A DNA stretch of 42,727 bases from Sphingomonadales bacterium (GCA_031429915.1 JANPAM010000086.1:1-42727), one strand, 5' to 3'; positions 9,216-18,353 are shown, numbered from the stretch's first letter. Made by a program: numbers and translations. Notes: generated by a model from the letters alone, not told the origin.

Positions 9216-10286
9216 ATGCGTCTGTTTTCGTCGATTTTGCCTGCGTCGATGATATTGCTTTCTGGCTGTGCGCAAAAAGAACTCCCGCCCATTTTCGGTC
9301 TCTTCCCCGTCGCTGTTCAAGCTACCGGCCAGACCGAGCCTGTTGGCACCGTCGCTGCCGATGCCGCCGACGATCCGGCGATCTGGCACAATGCAGCCAA
9401 TCCGGCCGCCAGCCTTATCGTCGCTACCGACAAAAAGGCCGGGCTCTATGTCTACGGCCTCGACGGCAAAATAAGCTCCTTCATCGACGCAGGCCGGGTG
9501 AACAACGTCGATCTGGTCGAAATCGGCGAACGCATAGTCGTCGCCGCCAGCGATCGGAACAACCCAGAGCAATCGCGAATCGCGCTTTTCGTCCTCAACC
9601 CCGACGATGCCAAACTAACCCCGATGGGGCATGTCGCCTCTGGCGCTGGCGAAGGCTACGGCATCTGTATCAAGGAACCTGTCGCCGCAGGAACGCTCGA
9701 AATATTCGCCGTGCTAAAGGCCGGAACGGTCAACCATGTCGAAGTCACGCTCGGTGCATCGAACGCAACCGGCGTTATCGTCCGCACGATGAAAATTCCA
9801 ACCCAGACCGAGGGCTGCGTCATCGATAAGGCGGGCAACCTTTATGTTGGCGAGGAAGATGCAGGGATATGGCGTTTCTCCGGCGCCAAGGACGCCAGTA
9901 CCGAAGGCAGTCTGATCGCCGCAATCGACAACCAGCGGCTGGTTGCCGATGTAGAGGGGCTGGCGATTGTCCGCGAAGCAACCGGTCTCGAACTGCTGAT
10001 CGCATCAAGCCATTGCGACAATGCCTATGCGGTGTGGGTTTTGCCTGAAATGCGCTATGTCGGGCGATTTGCTATTGCCGCCGGAACGTTCGGCGCAACC
10101 AGCGAAACCGACGGCATCGCCGCTATGGCTGGCGACTTCGGTCCTAACTATCCGCACGGTCTATTCATCGCACAAGACGGGAACAATTCACCAGCGGCTC
10201 AGAATTTCAAGCTGCTGCCATGGCAGACGGTGAAGGCGGCTCTGGGCATATATAAAAGCGCGCCGTTCTTAGAACGACGCGCCTGA
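9216..10286 (+). CDS. Beta-propeller phytase (3-phytase), probable lipoprotein
   Basis: Motifs DAADDPAIW, TDKKAGL, GRVNNVD, YGIC, TQTEGC, VGEEDAGIW, ADVEGL, SETDGI, QDG.N, QNFKL; lipobox LLSG-C after ATG 9216. Confidence 0.92.
   Translation: MRLFSSILPASMILLSGCAQKELPPIFGLFPVAVQATGQTEPVGTVAADAADDPAIWHNAANPAASLIVATDKKAGLYVYGLDGKISSFIDAGRVNNVDLVEIGERIVVAASDRNNPEQSRIALFVLNPDDAKLTPMGHVASGAGEGYGICIKEPVAAGTLEIFAVLKAGTVNHVEVTLGASNATGVIVRTMKIPTQTEGCVIDKAGNLYVGEEDAGIWRFSGAKDASTEGSLIAAIDNQRLVADVEGLAIVREATGLELLIASSHCDNAYAVWVLPEMRYVGRFAIAAGTFGATSETDGIAAMAGDFGPNYPHGLFIAQDGNNSPAAQNFKLLPWQTVKAALGIYKSAPFLERRA
10254..10282 (-). terminator. Probable rho-independent terminator of the CsbD gene, overlapping the phytase 3' end
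   Basis: Stem GCGCGCCGTTC/GAACGACGCGC followed by a T run on the minus strand. Confidence 0.55.
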
Positions 10287-10301
10287 ATAATTTTACCGCG
10301 C

Positions 10302-10640
10302 TTAGCGCTTTTTCTTGGCGGCTGGTTTGTCTTGCATCAACAAATGCGATACGCCGAATGCCAACAATCCGATGCCGCCGGCAACGGCAAGCGCGATAGC
10401 CGGGTGGCTACGCGCCTTTTCATAAGCGCGGTCAACATTGTGACGCGCTTCAAATGGAATTCGGTCATACGCATTTGAGGCAGCTTCAGTCGCGGAGCCA
10501 TATAGGTTTTGCGCGCGCCCCTTTACCTTGTCTACCAAGCCTTCGGATTCGAGACCGGCATCACCTATGACGTGGCCGACATTGGATTTAAGCTCGCCGT
10601 TCAGTTGCGTGGCTGAGCCAGCGATACGATCGTCGTTCAT
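10302..10640 (-). CDS. CsbD family general stress protein with a C-terminal membrane anchor
   Basis: MNDDRIAGSATQLNGELK..VGHVIGD..LESEG..DKVKGRAQN.YG; hydrophobic tail; EcfG-type promoter upstream. Confidence 0.85.
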   Translation of the reverse strand: MNDDRIAGSATQLNGELKSNVGHVIGDAGLESEGLVDKVKGRAQNLYGSATEAASNAYDRIPFEARHNVDRAYEKARSHPAIALAVAGGIGLLAFGVSHLLMQDKPAAKKKR

Positions 10641-10704
10641 GACATTTCCTTTTAAAGCATTTCAAGAGCGCGGGATTGCGCTCGTCTGCTGCATCCGGAT
10701 AACA

Positions 10705-10730
10705 AACGCGCTTATCGTGCTGGTTGTTCC
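10705..10730 (-). promoter_or_regulatory. EcfG (SigT/RpoE2) general stress promoter for the CsbD gene
   Basis: Minus strand GGAAC-N17-CGTT, an exact consensus match, overlapping the TetR stop codon. Confidence 0.8.
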
Positions 10731-11332
10731 CTGCCTGATCCCATCAGAGCGTCGACCCACCGTTCGGCCAATGCTTCGGCTTCATCCGCCGTAAAGGGCG
10801 CGTTGCCAAGACTTAGCTCAAGCCAAAGCCCGTCAATCAGCGCCGTAAGCCCGACCGCCGCGAGGCGGGCATCGGTTGGACCACCCGGACATGCGGTGAT
10901 CAATCGCTCAATATCATGGCGGTTTCCCGCGTATATGTCGTCATGGATTTTGCCGATGGTCGGATTGGAACGGGCCAGGCTCCAAAACGCTAGCCAGGTT
11001 GCGAGCAAATCCGAGTCGGCAATCGGCGGACGGAAGTTGGCGGTGACGAAGGCTATCAGACGCGCGCGGGGGTCATCGCCCGCTGCCTCGACCGCCATAT
11101 TCAGCGCTGATGCCACACGGGCGCCCGTTGCGATGTAAGTGGCGGCAATCAGTGCATCGATGCCGTCGAAATAATGGCGGAGCAATCCGGGTGAGACGCC
11201 GGCTTTCACACAGATTGCGCGGACCGATGTGCCTTGGGCACCGGATCTTGCCAAACATCGCCCACATGCAGCTATTAGTGCTTCGCGGCGGTTGTCCGCG
11301 CTCTCGCGGGTAAAGGCTTGTCGCATGCTCAT
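10712..11332 (-). CDS. TetR family transcriptional regulator (BetI-like C-terminal domain)
   Basis: HTH RREALI...TSVRAICVKAGVSPGLLRHYF; C-terminal WLAFW and ALIDGLWLE. Confidence 0.9.
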   Translation of the reverse strand: MSMRQAFTRESADNRREALIAACGRCLARSGAQGTSVRAICVKAGVSPGLLRHYFDGIDALIAATYIATGARVASALNMAVEAAGDDPRARLIAFVTANFRPPIADSDLLATWLAFWSLARSNPTIGKIHDDIYAGNRHDIERLITACPGGPTDARLAAVGLTALIDGLWLELSLGNAPFTADEAEALAERWVDALMGSGREQPAR

Positions 11333-11339
11333 CCACTTG

Positions 11340-11355
11340 TTATACACTCGTATAA
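11340..11355. promoter_or_regulatory. Putative TetR operator
   Basis: Perfect palindrome TTATAC-ACTC-GTATAA in the 37-bp gap between the divergent TetR and Rieske start codons. Confidence 0.75.
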
Positions 11356-11369
11356 TAGGGGAATCAACC

Positions 11370-12533
11370 ATGCAGCTTTCTGTCACGGCGCACGATAATC
11401 GCGATCCGCTCGACGGCTGGAGTCTGCCTGCGTGGACTTATAACGATCCGGATTTCTTCGCGGCCGAAGTCGAGACCATCTTCGCACCCAGCTGGCAAGT
11501 AATCTGCCACATCAGCGATATTGCTGGCAAAGGGGATTGGCACAGCCTCGATTATCTCGGCGAGAACGTCATTGTTGTGCGCGGTCAAGATGATGTGGTT
11601 CGAGCATTCACCAATGTCTGTCGCCACCGCGGCTCGCGATTGCTCGACGGCAGCAGCGGCTGTGCCAAGAAACTCGTCTGCCCCTATCACGCGTGGACCT
11701 ATGAACTCGACGGCACGCTGAGCGGCGTTCCCGATAGCGCCAGCTACCCCGGCCTCGACAAATCGCAACATGGGCTTGTACCGGTCGCGCTCGAATTCTG
11801 GAATGGCTTCATCTTTGTTCGGCTGAAGGACGAAGGACCGAGTGTCGCTGACATGATGGCGCCTTACGAAACGATGATCGCGCCCTACCGTTTCAACGAG
11901 CTGACAGCCAATGGCCGCGTCACGCTTCGCCCGCGTGACGTGAACTGGAAGAATGTGGGCGATAATTATTCGGACGGGCTTCACATCAATGTGGCTCATC
12001 CCGGCCTCACCCGGTTGTTTGGCAAGAGCTACGGCGTAGAGGCCACAACGCATGTCGACCGGATGTGGGGCGATCTTACGGACAAGCCTTCGGCCAACTG
12101 GTCGGAACGAATGTATCAGCGGCTGTTGCCATCGGTGCCGCACTTGCCCGAGAACCGGCAGCGGCACTGGCTGTATTTCAAGCTTTGGCCCAATGTCGCG
12201 TTCGATATCTATCCCGACCAAATCGATTTTATGCAGTGGTTGCCGGTTAGCCCGACCACCTGTTTAATTCGCGAAATCAGTTATGTGCTTCCGGATGCCC
12301 GCCGCGAAATGAAGGCCGCGCGTTACCTCAACTGGCGGATCAACCGGCAGGTAAACGCCGAGGACACCGAGCTTATTTCGCGCGTTCAATCCGGCATGGC
12401 ATCGCGCAGTTTCTCGGTCGGGCCGCTGTCCAACAAAGAGGTGTGCCTTCGCCATTTCTGCCGACGTATGCGCGAATTGATTCCGCAAGCCCGCGAAGAA
12501 CAACGACCAAAGGCCGGATGGAGCAAGCCATGA
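11370..12533 (+). CDS. Rieske non-heme iron oxygenase alpha subunit (choline monooxygenase/betaine demethylase-like)
   Basis: Rieske motif CRHRG...CPYHAW; mononuclear iron region NWK..DNYSDGLH...AHP and a later ED. ATG at 11370. Confidence 0.9.
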   Translation: MQLSVTAHDNRDPLDGWSLPAWTYNDPDFFAAEVETIFAPSWQVICHISDIAGKGDWHSLDYLGENVIVVRGQDDVVRAFTNVCRHRGSRLLDGSSGCAKKLVCPYHAWTYELDGTLSGVPDSASYPGLDKSQHGLVPVALEFWNGFIFVRLKDEGPSVADMMAPYETMIAPYRFNELTANGRVTLRPRDVNWKNVGDNYSDGLHINVAHPGLTRLFGKSYGVEATTHVDRMWGDLTDKPSANWSERMYQRLLPSVPHLPENRQRHWLYFKLWPNVAFDIYPDQIDFMQWLPVSPTTCLIREISYVLPDARREMKAARYLNWRINRQVNAEDTELISRVQSGMASRSFSVGPLSNKEVCLRHFCRRMRELIPQAREEQRPKAGWSKP

Positions 12534-14128
12534 CCAAGCAATATGACGCCGTGATTATCGGGGCCGGACATAATGGTCTGGTCTGCGCCTTCTATCTCGC
12601 CCGGGCTGGCCTAAAAGTCCGCATTGTCGAACGCCGCGACGTCGTCGGCGGAGCGGCAGTGACCGAAGAGTTCCATCCCGGCTTCCGAAACTCGGTGGCG
12701 AGTTACACCGTTAGCCTGCTCCAGCCCAAGGTCATCGACGACATGAAGCTCGTCGATCACGGCTACCGCGTGATTGAGCGACCAATTTCAAACTTCCTGC
12801 CACAGGAGGACGGCGGCTACCTGAAGCTCGGTGGCGGGCTCGAACGGACGCAGAAGGAATTTGCCCGCTTCTCCGAACATGACGCGCGCGTTCTGCCAGC
12901 CTATTATGAGATGCTGGAGGGCGTTGCCGACGTGCTCCGCGACCTCGCACTCAAGTCGCCGCCCAATGTCGGTGGTGGTATGAAGACGCTGATCGACGGC
13001 GCGTTGCAGGGACGCGGGTTGATGAAGTTGACATTGAGCCAGCAGCGCGACGTGCTCGAACTTTTCACCAAGTCGGCGCGAACCTTCCTCCACAGCTGGT
13101 TCGAGAGCGAGGCGGTCAAGGCCGCATTCGGATTCGACGCAGTGGTGGGCAACTATGCCAGCCCCGATACGCCGGGGAGCGCCTATGTTCTCCTCCACCA
13201 TGTCTTTGGCGAAGTGAACGGCAAGAAGGGCGCTTGGGGCCATAGCATTGGCGGTATGGGTGCGATCACTCAAATGATGGCAAAGGTCTGCACCGGCCTC
13301 GGCGTCGAGATCAGTCTCGAGGCTCCGGTGTCGCGGGTCATTGTCGATGGCGGCAGGGCGGTTGGCGTGCGGCTTGAAAGCGGCGAAGAAATCATGGCTG
13401 ACCGCGTCATCGCCAACGTCGGGCCAAAAATCCTTTACGAACGCATGTTCTACGATGGCGACTTGGAACCCGAGTTCAAACGCCGGATCAAGGCGTTCAA
13501 GGCAGGCAGCGGCACATTCCGCATGAATGTAGCACTATCGGAACTACCGTGCTTCACGAGCCTCCCAGAGCCGGGTGAGCATCATCAATCGGGCATCATC
13601 ATCGCGCCAACGCTCGACTATATGGACGAGGCGTTTCTCGACGCGAAACGCTACGGTTGGTCGAAGAAGCCCATTGTCGAGATGCTGATCCCTTCAACCA
13701 TCGACGACAGCCTCGCTCCCGCTGGATGCCACGTCGCCAGCCTGTTTTGCCAACAATTCGCGCCCGACTATGACTGGGATGCCGACGAAGGCAAAGCGGC
13801 CGATACGATTATCGAAACTGTCGAGGCTCATGCCCCCGGCTTTCGCGCCTCCATACTCGGCCGCCAGATCCTCAGTCCGCTTGGTCTAGAGCGCAAATTC
13901 GGTTTGGCCGGGGGCGACATCATGCACGGCAATATGAGCCTCGACCAGCTCTGGGCAGCACGACCGGTGCTTGGCAACGGCGCATATCGCGGGCCGATGA
14001 AGGGACTCTACATGTGCGGCGCTGGCACGCATCCCGGCGGCGGGGTAACTGGAGCACCAGGCCATAACTGCGCGGCTGAAGTGCTTGCGGAGCGTAGCTT
14101 GTTGGGACGATTGCTCCGAAAGGCATAA
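12530..14128 (+). CDS. FAD-dependent oxidoreductase, phytoene desaturase family (PYROXD2-like)
   Basis: Motifs IIGAGHNGLVCA, ERRDVVGGAAVTEE, GGMGAIT, GGDIMHG, LYMCGAGTHPGGGVTGAPG; ATGA overlap with the Rieske gene. Confidence 0.9.
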   Translation: MTKQYDAVIIGAGHNGLVCAFYLARAGLKVRIVERRDVVGGAAVTEEFHPGFRNSVASYTVSLLQPKVIDDMKLVDHGYRVIERPISNFLPQEDGGYLKLGGGLERTQKEFARFSEHDARVLPAYYEMLEGVADVLRDLALKSPPNVGGGMKTLIDGALQGRGLMKLTLSQQRDVLELFTKSARTFLHSWFESEAVKAAFGFDAVVGNYASPDTPGSAYVLLHHVFGEVNGKKGAWGHSIGGMGAITQMMAKVCTGLGVEISLEAPVSRVIVDGGRAVGVRLESGEEIMADRVIANVGPKILYERMFYDGDLEPEFKRRIKAFKAGSGTFRMNVALSELPCFTSLPEPGEHHQSGIIIAPTLDYMDEAFLDAKRYGWSKKPIVEMLIPSTIDDSLAPAGCHVASLFCQQFAPDYDWDADEGKAADTIIETVEAHAPGFRASILGRQILSPLGLERKFGLAGGDIMHGNMSLDQLWAARPVLGNGAYRGPMKGLYMCGAGTHPGGGVTGAPGHNCAAEVLAERSLLGRLLRKA

Positions 14129-14130
14129 TG

Positions 14131-14158
14131 GAAAAAGCCGGACCATTACGGCCCGGCT
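14131..14158 (-). terminator. Rho-independent terminator of the TonB-dependent receptor gene
   Basis: Minus strand AGCCGGGCCG-TAA-TGGTCCGGCT followed by TTTT. Confidence 0.7.
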
Positions 14159-14190
14159 CTCTCCTCCCAGTCACTCGCGTGACAAACCCA

Positions 14191-16608
14191 TTAGAAGTCG
14201 CGTGAGAATTTCACGCCGATCAAACGTGGTCGGATGACCGTATCATAAAACGCACCGCCGGTCGGCGTTGCGGGCGTAACCCCGGTTCCGCAGACAGTTT
14301 CCAAACACTGCACGCCTGTGCCGACAATCCCGTTCTTGTCGAACAGGTTGGTCGCAAAAAGGTCAATCTTCCAGACATCATCCTTGATCCCGACGCTGAC
14401 ATCGGCAGTCGTGTAGGCTGGCAGATTGCCTTTGATCGCGTTCTGCGCAGGTCTAAGATCGTTCTTGCGGCTGCCGATATGGTTGACCGCAAATTGCACA
14501 TGGCCGTTCCATGCGCCCACCGGGAATTCATACCGAGCAATCGCGTTGCCTTTGATCTTGGCAGTGGTTGGCAGGCGCGATCCGGCTGGAGCAAGAAGCG
14601 AGTTGCCGGGGGTCGAACAGTCGAAGGTCGTATTGGCAATCGCACAGAAGTCGCGACGGATAGTCGCATCATTATAACTAGCCCCGGCGTTCAGACTCAA
14701 ACCGTTCGCACGGTAACCGACATCCATTTCCACGCCGCGAATTCGCGCAATACCGGCGTTGCGGATTTCGGTCAGGCCGTTAGCACCCAGAAATGACAAC
14801 TGAATGCCGTTCCAGTCCTCCTGATAAACCGCACCATTCCAGCGGAACGCCCCAAAGGTCGTTTTCCAGCCAAGCTCGTAATTGTCGAGCTCATCAGCGC
14901 CATAAGGCGGCAATGTACCTCTACGGTTGATCCCGCCGGGGCGGAAACCACGCGACCATGTCGCATAGACCAACGCGTCGTCGCTAAACTTATAGGTAGC
15001 GTTCAGCTTGTGGATGAAATCGGTATCTGACGTCGATTTATCCACATTGGTGCAAGGACTGCCGGAGACCAAAATTGGCACTGGCGTCCCGGCCGGATTG
15101 GCCCGTCGGGTTGTGCCATCGGTATTAAGACAGGCCGATTCGCCTGTCCGGCTCGAATAGCCAGCAGCAAATCCGAAAAAGCCCTGTAGCGAGTTGTCAT
15201 ATTTATAGACGCGCAAACCACCGGTCAGCGTCAGCTTATCGGTCACATCAAAACTCGCTTCGCCAAACGCCGCATAATCGCGGTCGATGCGTTGCTGCTT
15301 GGTCAGCCAGATGTTGCTGTCGGTGCCCCGAACTGTGATCGAATCGGCAATATTGTCGATGATGTAATTCTGTTCAATGTTATGCGACTGGCGCTGGTAG
15401 AAAAGGCCGGCAATCACTCGGAACGGTGCATCCGCAGGCGAGGATACTCGTAGTTCGCCGAACGACTTATTATAGCGATCAATCCCCTGAATATACTGGT
15501 TCGGATTGACCAGATTTCCGGCATTGTCATAAAAATAATTGCCGTAACCAGCGAGCGCATCATAGAAATAGGCATAATCCGAATAGTCGGACTGGGTTTC
15601 TGTTTTGCGTTTCAGATGGCCACCGGCCAGCGTCACATCCCAAGTTCCGATTTTGCCCTCGATAGTCAACGCGGCCTGAATCCATTTATCCCTGCTGCCT
15701 TCAGGGTTATATTGGACGGTTTGCAATTCACCCTTGGTCTGGCCTGAGCGTTCCTGCGAAAAGCTGCCATCGGCTTTCTGGATTTGGCCCATCAGAGTCG
15801 GACGTACTGTCCAGTTATCATCGAGGTCGATACCAAGCGCCAGACGTGCGCCATAGGTTTCAACGTCGTTGTAATTCTCTTCGACCAACGCCGCGTTGCT
15901 CTGCGTAATGCCGGACGAAGCATAAGTCCGGCTGCCAGCTATGTTATCGATATACCCGCCATCCTTGCGGTACCAACCGACCAGACGCGCCGCTGCGTTA
16001 TCGCTGATCCGTGCATTGACGAAACCTTCGAAAACCGTGCCGAAATCGCCGTGCGCAGTATTATTAACCTCGACCCCGCCCGAACCGTAAGTTCCGCTGG
16101 TGTCGGGCGCGTTGGTGATCAGCCGGATTGTCCCTGCCATCGAACTTGCGCCGTAAAGCGTGCCCTGCGGTCCGGCGAGCGCCTCAACCCGTGCCAGATC
16201 GTAAGCGTGCAGATCGAGCGCACCTTGAATCGTGGTGATTGGCAGTTCATCGAGGTAGGTGCCGACGGTCGGCAACGATGCAGAGTGGTTGGCGTTCTCG
16301 CCCGAAGCAACGCCGCGGAAATAGACTTGGGCGAAACCGGGGCCGCCCTGCTGGATCGTGACCGATGGCAGGAACTTAATAACGTCGGAAAATTCTTTGA
16401 CCTGCAACTGGTCAAGCTTTTCGGTGCCGATTGCAGTAATCGCGATTGGCACATCCTGCAAATTCTGTTCGCGCTTTTGCGCCGTGACGACAATGACATC
16501 GCCTTCTTCTTCAGCAACGGCGTCCTGCGCCATTGCGGGCACCGACAGGCACAACGCTGTCGAAGCAAAAAGTGCGGATACAGCAACTCTGTTAGTGAAA
16601 TGACGCAT
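14191..16608 (-). CDS. TonB-dependent receptor
   Basis: Signal peptide, VIVVTAQKREQNLQDVPIAI, RVEALAGPQGTLYGA, C-terminal Phe; GGAGG RBS. Confidence 0.95.
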   Translation of the reverse strand: MRHFTNRVAVSALFASTALCLSVPAMAQDAVAEEEGDVIVVTAQKREQNLQDVPIAITAIGTEKLDQLQVKEFSDVIKFLPSVTIQQGGPGFAQVYFRGVASGENANHSASLPTVGTYLDELPITTIQGALDLHAYDLARVEALAGPQGTLYGASSMAGTIRLITNAPDTSGTYGSGGVEVNNTAHGDFGTVFEGFVNARISDNAAARLVGWYRKDGGYIDNIAGSRTYASSGITQSNAALVEENYNDVETYGARLALGIDLDDNWTVRPTLMGQIQKADGSFSQERSGQTKGELQTVQYNPEGSRDKWIQAALTIEGKIGTWDVTLAGGHLKRKTETQSDYSDYAYFYDALAGYGNYFYDNAGNLVNPNQYIQGIDRYNKSFGELRVSSPADAPFRVIAGLFYQRQSHNIEQNYIIDNIADSITVRGTDSNIWLTKQQRIDRDYAAFGEASFDVTDKLTLTGGLRVYKYDNSLQGFFGFAAGYSSRTGESACLNTDGTTRRANPAGTPVPILVSGSPCTNVDKSTSDTDFIHKLNATYKFSDDALVYATWSRGFRPGGINRRGTLPPYGADELDNYELGWKTTFGAFRWNGAVYQEDWNGIQLSFLGANGLTEIRNAGIARIRGVEMDVGYRANGLSLNAGASYNDATIRRDFCAIANTTFDCSTPGNSLLAPAGSRLPTTAKIKGNAIARYEFPVGAWNGHVQFAVNHIGSRKNDLRPAQNAIKGNLPAYTTADVSVGIKDDVWKIDLFATNLFDKNGIVGTGVQCLETVCGTGVTPATPTGGAFYDTVIRPRLIGVKFSRDF

Positions 16609-16745
16609 AAAGCAAACCTCCCATGTTTACGCTTTTGCCGATAGACCCAGTTCGTTGACCCGATGCAATATGTTTTCGGTTAACAACGGGATCGAGCGCG
16701 TTAATGACTGCTTACTGTGGCTAATACGCAACTATAATGTTCTGC

Positions 16746-18353
16746 TTAGCTCTTCCATAAATCAGCTAACGCGTCCTTCAACGGTCCAAGATGTGCCTCA
16801 TAAGGCTTCCATTGGTCAACGCCGTCGCGGTTGATGGGGCGACGGACCTGTTCACTCGAGGCAGTCCGAACAGCGCGCTTGTTCTGGTGGAAATCAAGAC
16901 AGGCTTTCTCGAACGGCAAGTCGAGATAATCGAACAGTGCCCTGATTTCGGCTTCCGGGTCGTCGAGCATCGCTTCGTGAATGACACGGTGGACCTGGCA
17001 AGGCAGCACGTGGTCATAATGCGCCATCGCTCGCACATATTCGGCATAATACTCGCCCATATGCGCCAAATCGTAGCTGAACGCCTGTCCTTTTGCGAAA
17101 TGCTGGCGAAAGTTGGAGAAGCAGCAATCGAGCGGATGCCGCCGTGCATCAATGATTTTGGCGTTTGGCAGGATCAGGTGAATCAGCCCAGTATAGACCC
17201 AGTTGTTGGGCAATTTGTCGATGAAGAAAGGCTTGCTGGTCTTGCGCTGAATTCTAGTGCGTTCGATGAACTCGGCACCGAGTTCAGCCAAGCGTTTGGG
17301 GGACATAACGGAAACCGCCTCGACCCAGCCGGCAGGTCCACCACCGAAATCGCGGCCTTCGCGCATTGCAATCGCGGGAATGTCGGGAAGCTCCATCGTG
17401 CCTTCGATCATCGAATGGCTGGCAAGGATTTGTTCGATCAATGTAGAGCCAGCGCGCGGCATTCCGAGGATGAAAATAGGATCAGGCGCGAGGTGGCCCT
17501 GTCCTGTATGGCTAGCGACAAAATCGGGCGTGAAGCGAGCGATGATCTTGTCGACATGAGCGGTGACATCCGCAGGGTCATGTTCCAGTTCGGCACTGCG
17601 AAAGCTGTTGCCCTTCGCGTAATGCGCGAACGCAGTTTCAAAATCGCCACGCTCCTCGGTTGCCTTGCCCAGTGCAAAGTGCAGATGAAAGCGGTCTTCA
17701 TGGGCGAGATTCGGGGTCGCCAGCGCTTTTTTCATCGCGGCAACATCGCGGTCGTCGAAGCGAACGGTTTTCAGATTGGCAAGGCTCCAATATACTTCGC
17801 CCAAGGTCGGCTCGACAAGAAGTGCCTGGCGATACGCGGCGACGCATTCGTTCTGGTCGCCGACGGTCTTAAGCATATGGCCGTAGCTCATCCAGAGCTT
17901 GGCATGGTCGGGGAACCGAGATGTGAGTTGTTTGTAAAGCCCGACCGCCTCGTCATATCCGCCGATCCGGCCCAAAGCGGCCGCCTTTAGGCTTTCCTGC
18001 GCGGGATTATCGCCATCGCCAGCCAACACGGCGTCGAGTTCGATTACCGCGTCGGCAAAGCGGTTTTGCTTGTACAGCACCGTTGCAAGATTGGCACGCG
18101 CTGCACCGAACGAAGGCGCGAGCTCGAGCGCTCGCCGAAGCAAAGCCTCGCTATCCTTCAACCGCCCGACGCGTGCTGCGAGTTCAGCCATCAACCGGAT
18201 CGCGGCAACATCGGTCGGTTGTGCCTTGAGATGAGCGCGTAGCAGTGGCTCGGCGTCGGGCAAACGGTCCTCGGCCAGCGCGAGCGCCGCGGCCATCAGC
18301 TGCGCGTTGCGAAGCCCGGATTCAATGGATGCTTTGGCGAGGTCTGTAGTCAT
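16746..18353 (-). CDS. TPR repeat-containing sulfotransferase
   Basis: N-terminal TPR helices; PAPS-binding motifs IFILGMPRAGSTL and RHPLDCCFS; DKLPNN and VRTASSEQVRRPI. Confidence 0.92.
   Translation of the reverse strand: MTTDLAKASIESGLRNAQLMAAALALAEDRLPDAEPLLRAHLKAQPTDVAAIRLMAELAARVGRLKDSEALLRRALELAPSFGAARANLATVLYKQNRFADAVIELDAVLAGDGDNPAQESLKAAALGRIGGYDEAVGLYKQLTSRFPDHAKLWMSYGHMLKTVGDQNECVAAYRQALLVEPTLGEVYWSLANLKTVRFDDRDVAAMKKALATPNLAHEDRFHLHFALGKATEERGDFETAFAHYAKGNSFRSAELEHDPADVTAHVDKIIARFTPDFVASHTGQGHLAPDPIFILGMPRAGSTLIEQILASHSMIEGTMELPDIPAIAMREGRDFGGGPAGWVEAVSVMSPKRLAELGAEFIERTRIQRKTSKPFFIDKLPNNWVYTGLIHLILPNAKIIDARRHPLDCCFSNFRQHFAKGQAFSYDLAHMGEYYAEYVRAMAHYDHVLPCQVHRVIHEAMLDDPEAEIRALFDYLDLPFEKACLDFHQNKRAVRTASSEQVRRPINRDGVDQWKPYEAHLGPLKDALADLWKS

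Noticed and set aside
12530-14128. Carotenoid biosynthesis gene crtI
   Set aside because: No crtB, crtE or crtY nearby; the motifs and context fit the non-carotenoid branch of the family.
14159-14183. CTCCTCCC motif suggesting a cuckoo- or AbcR-type sRNA
   Set aside because: It is a single motif, lies outside a hairpin loop, and sits next to an ordinary terminator.
15784-17990. Long antisense ORFs (15784-16644 and 16791-17990; similar ones at 2875-3738, 30876-31751 and 37141-37989)
   Set aside because: They are shadows of well-supported genes on the opposite strand in GC-rich DNA and carry no recognisable motifs.
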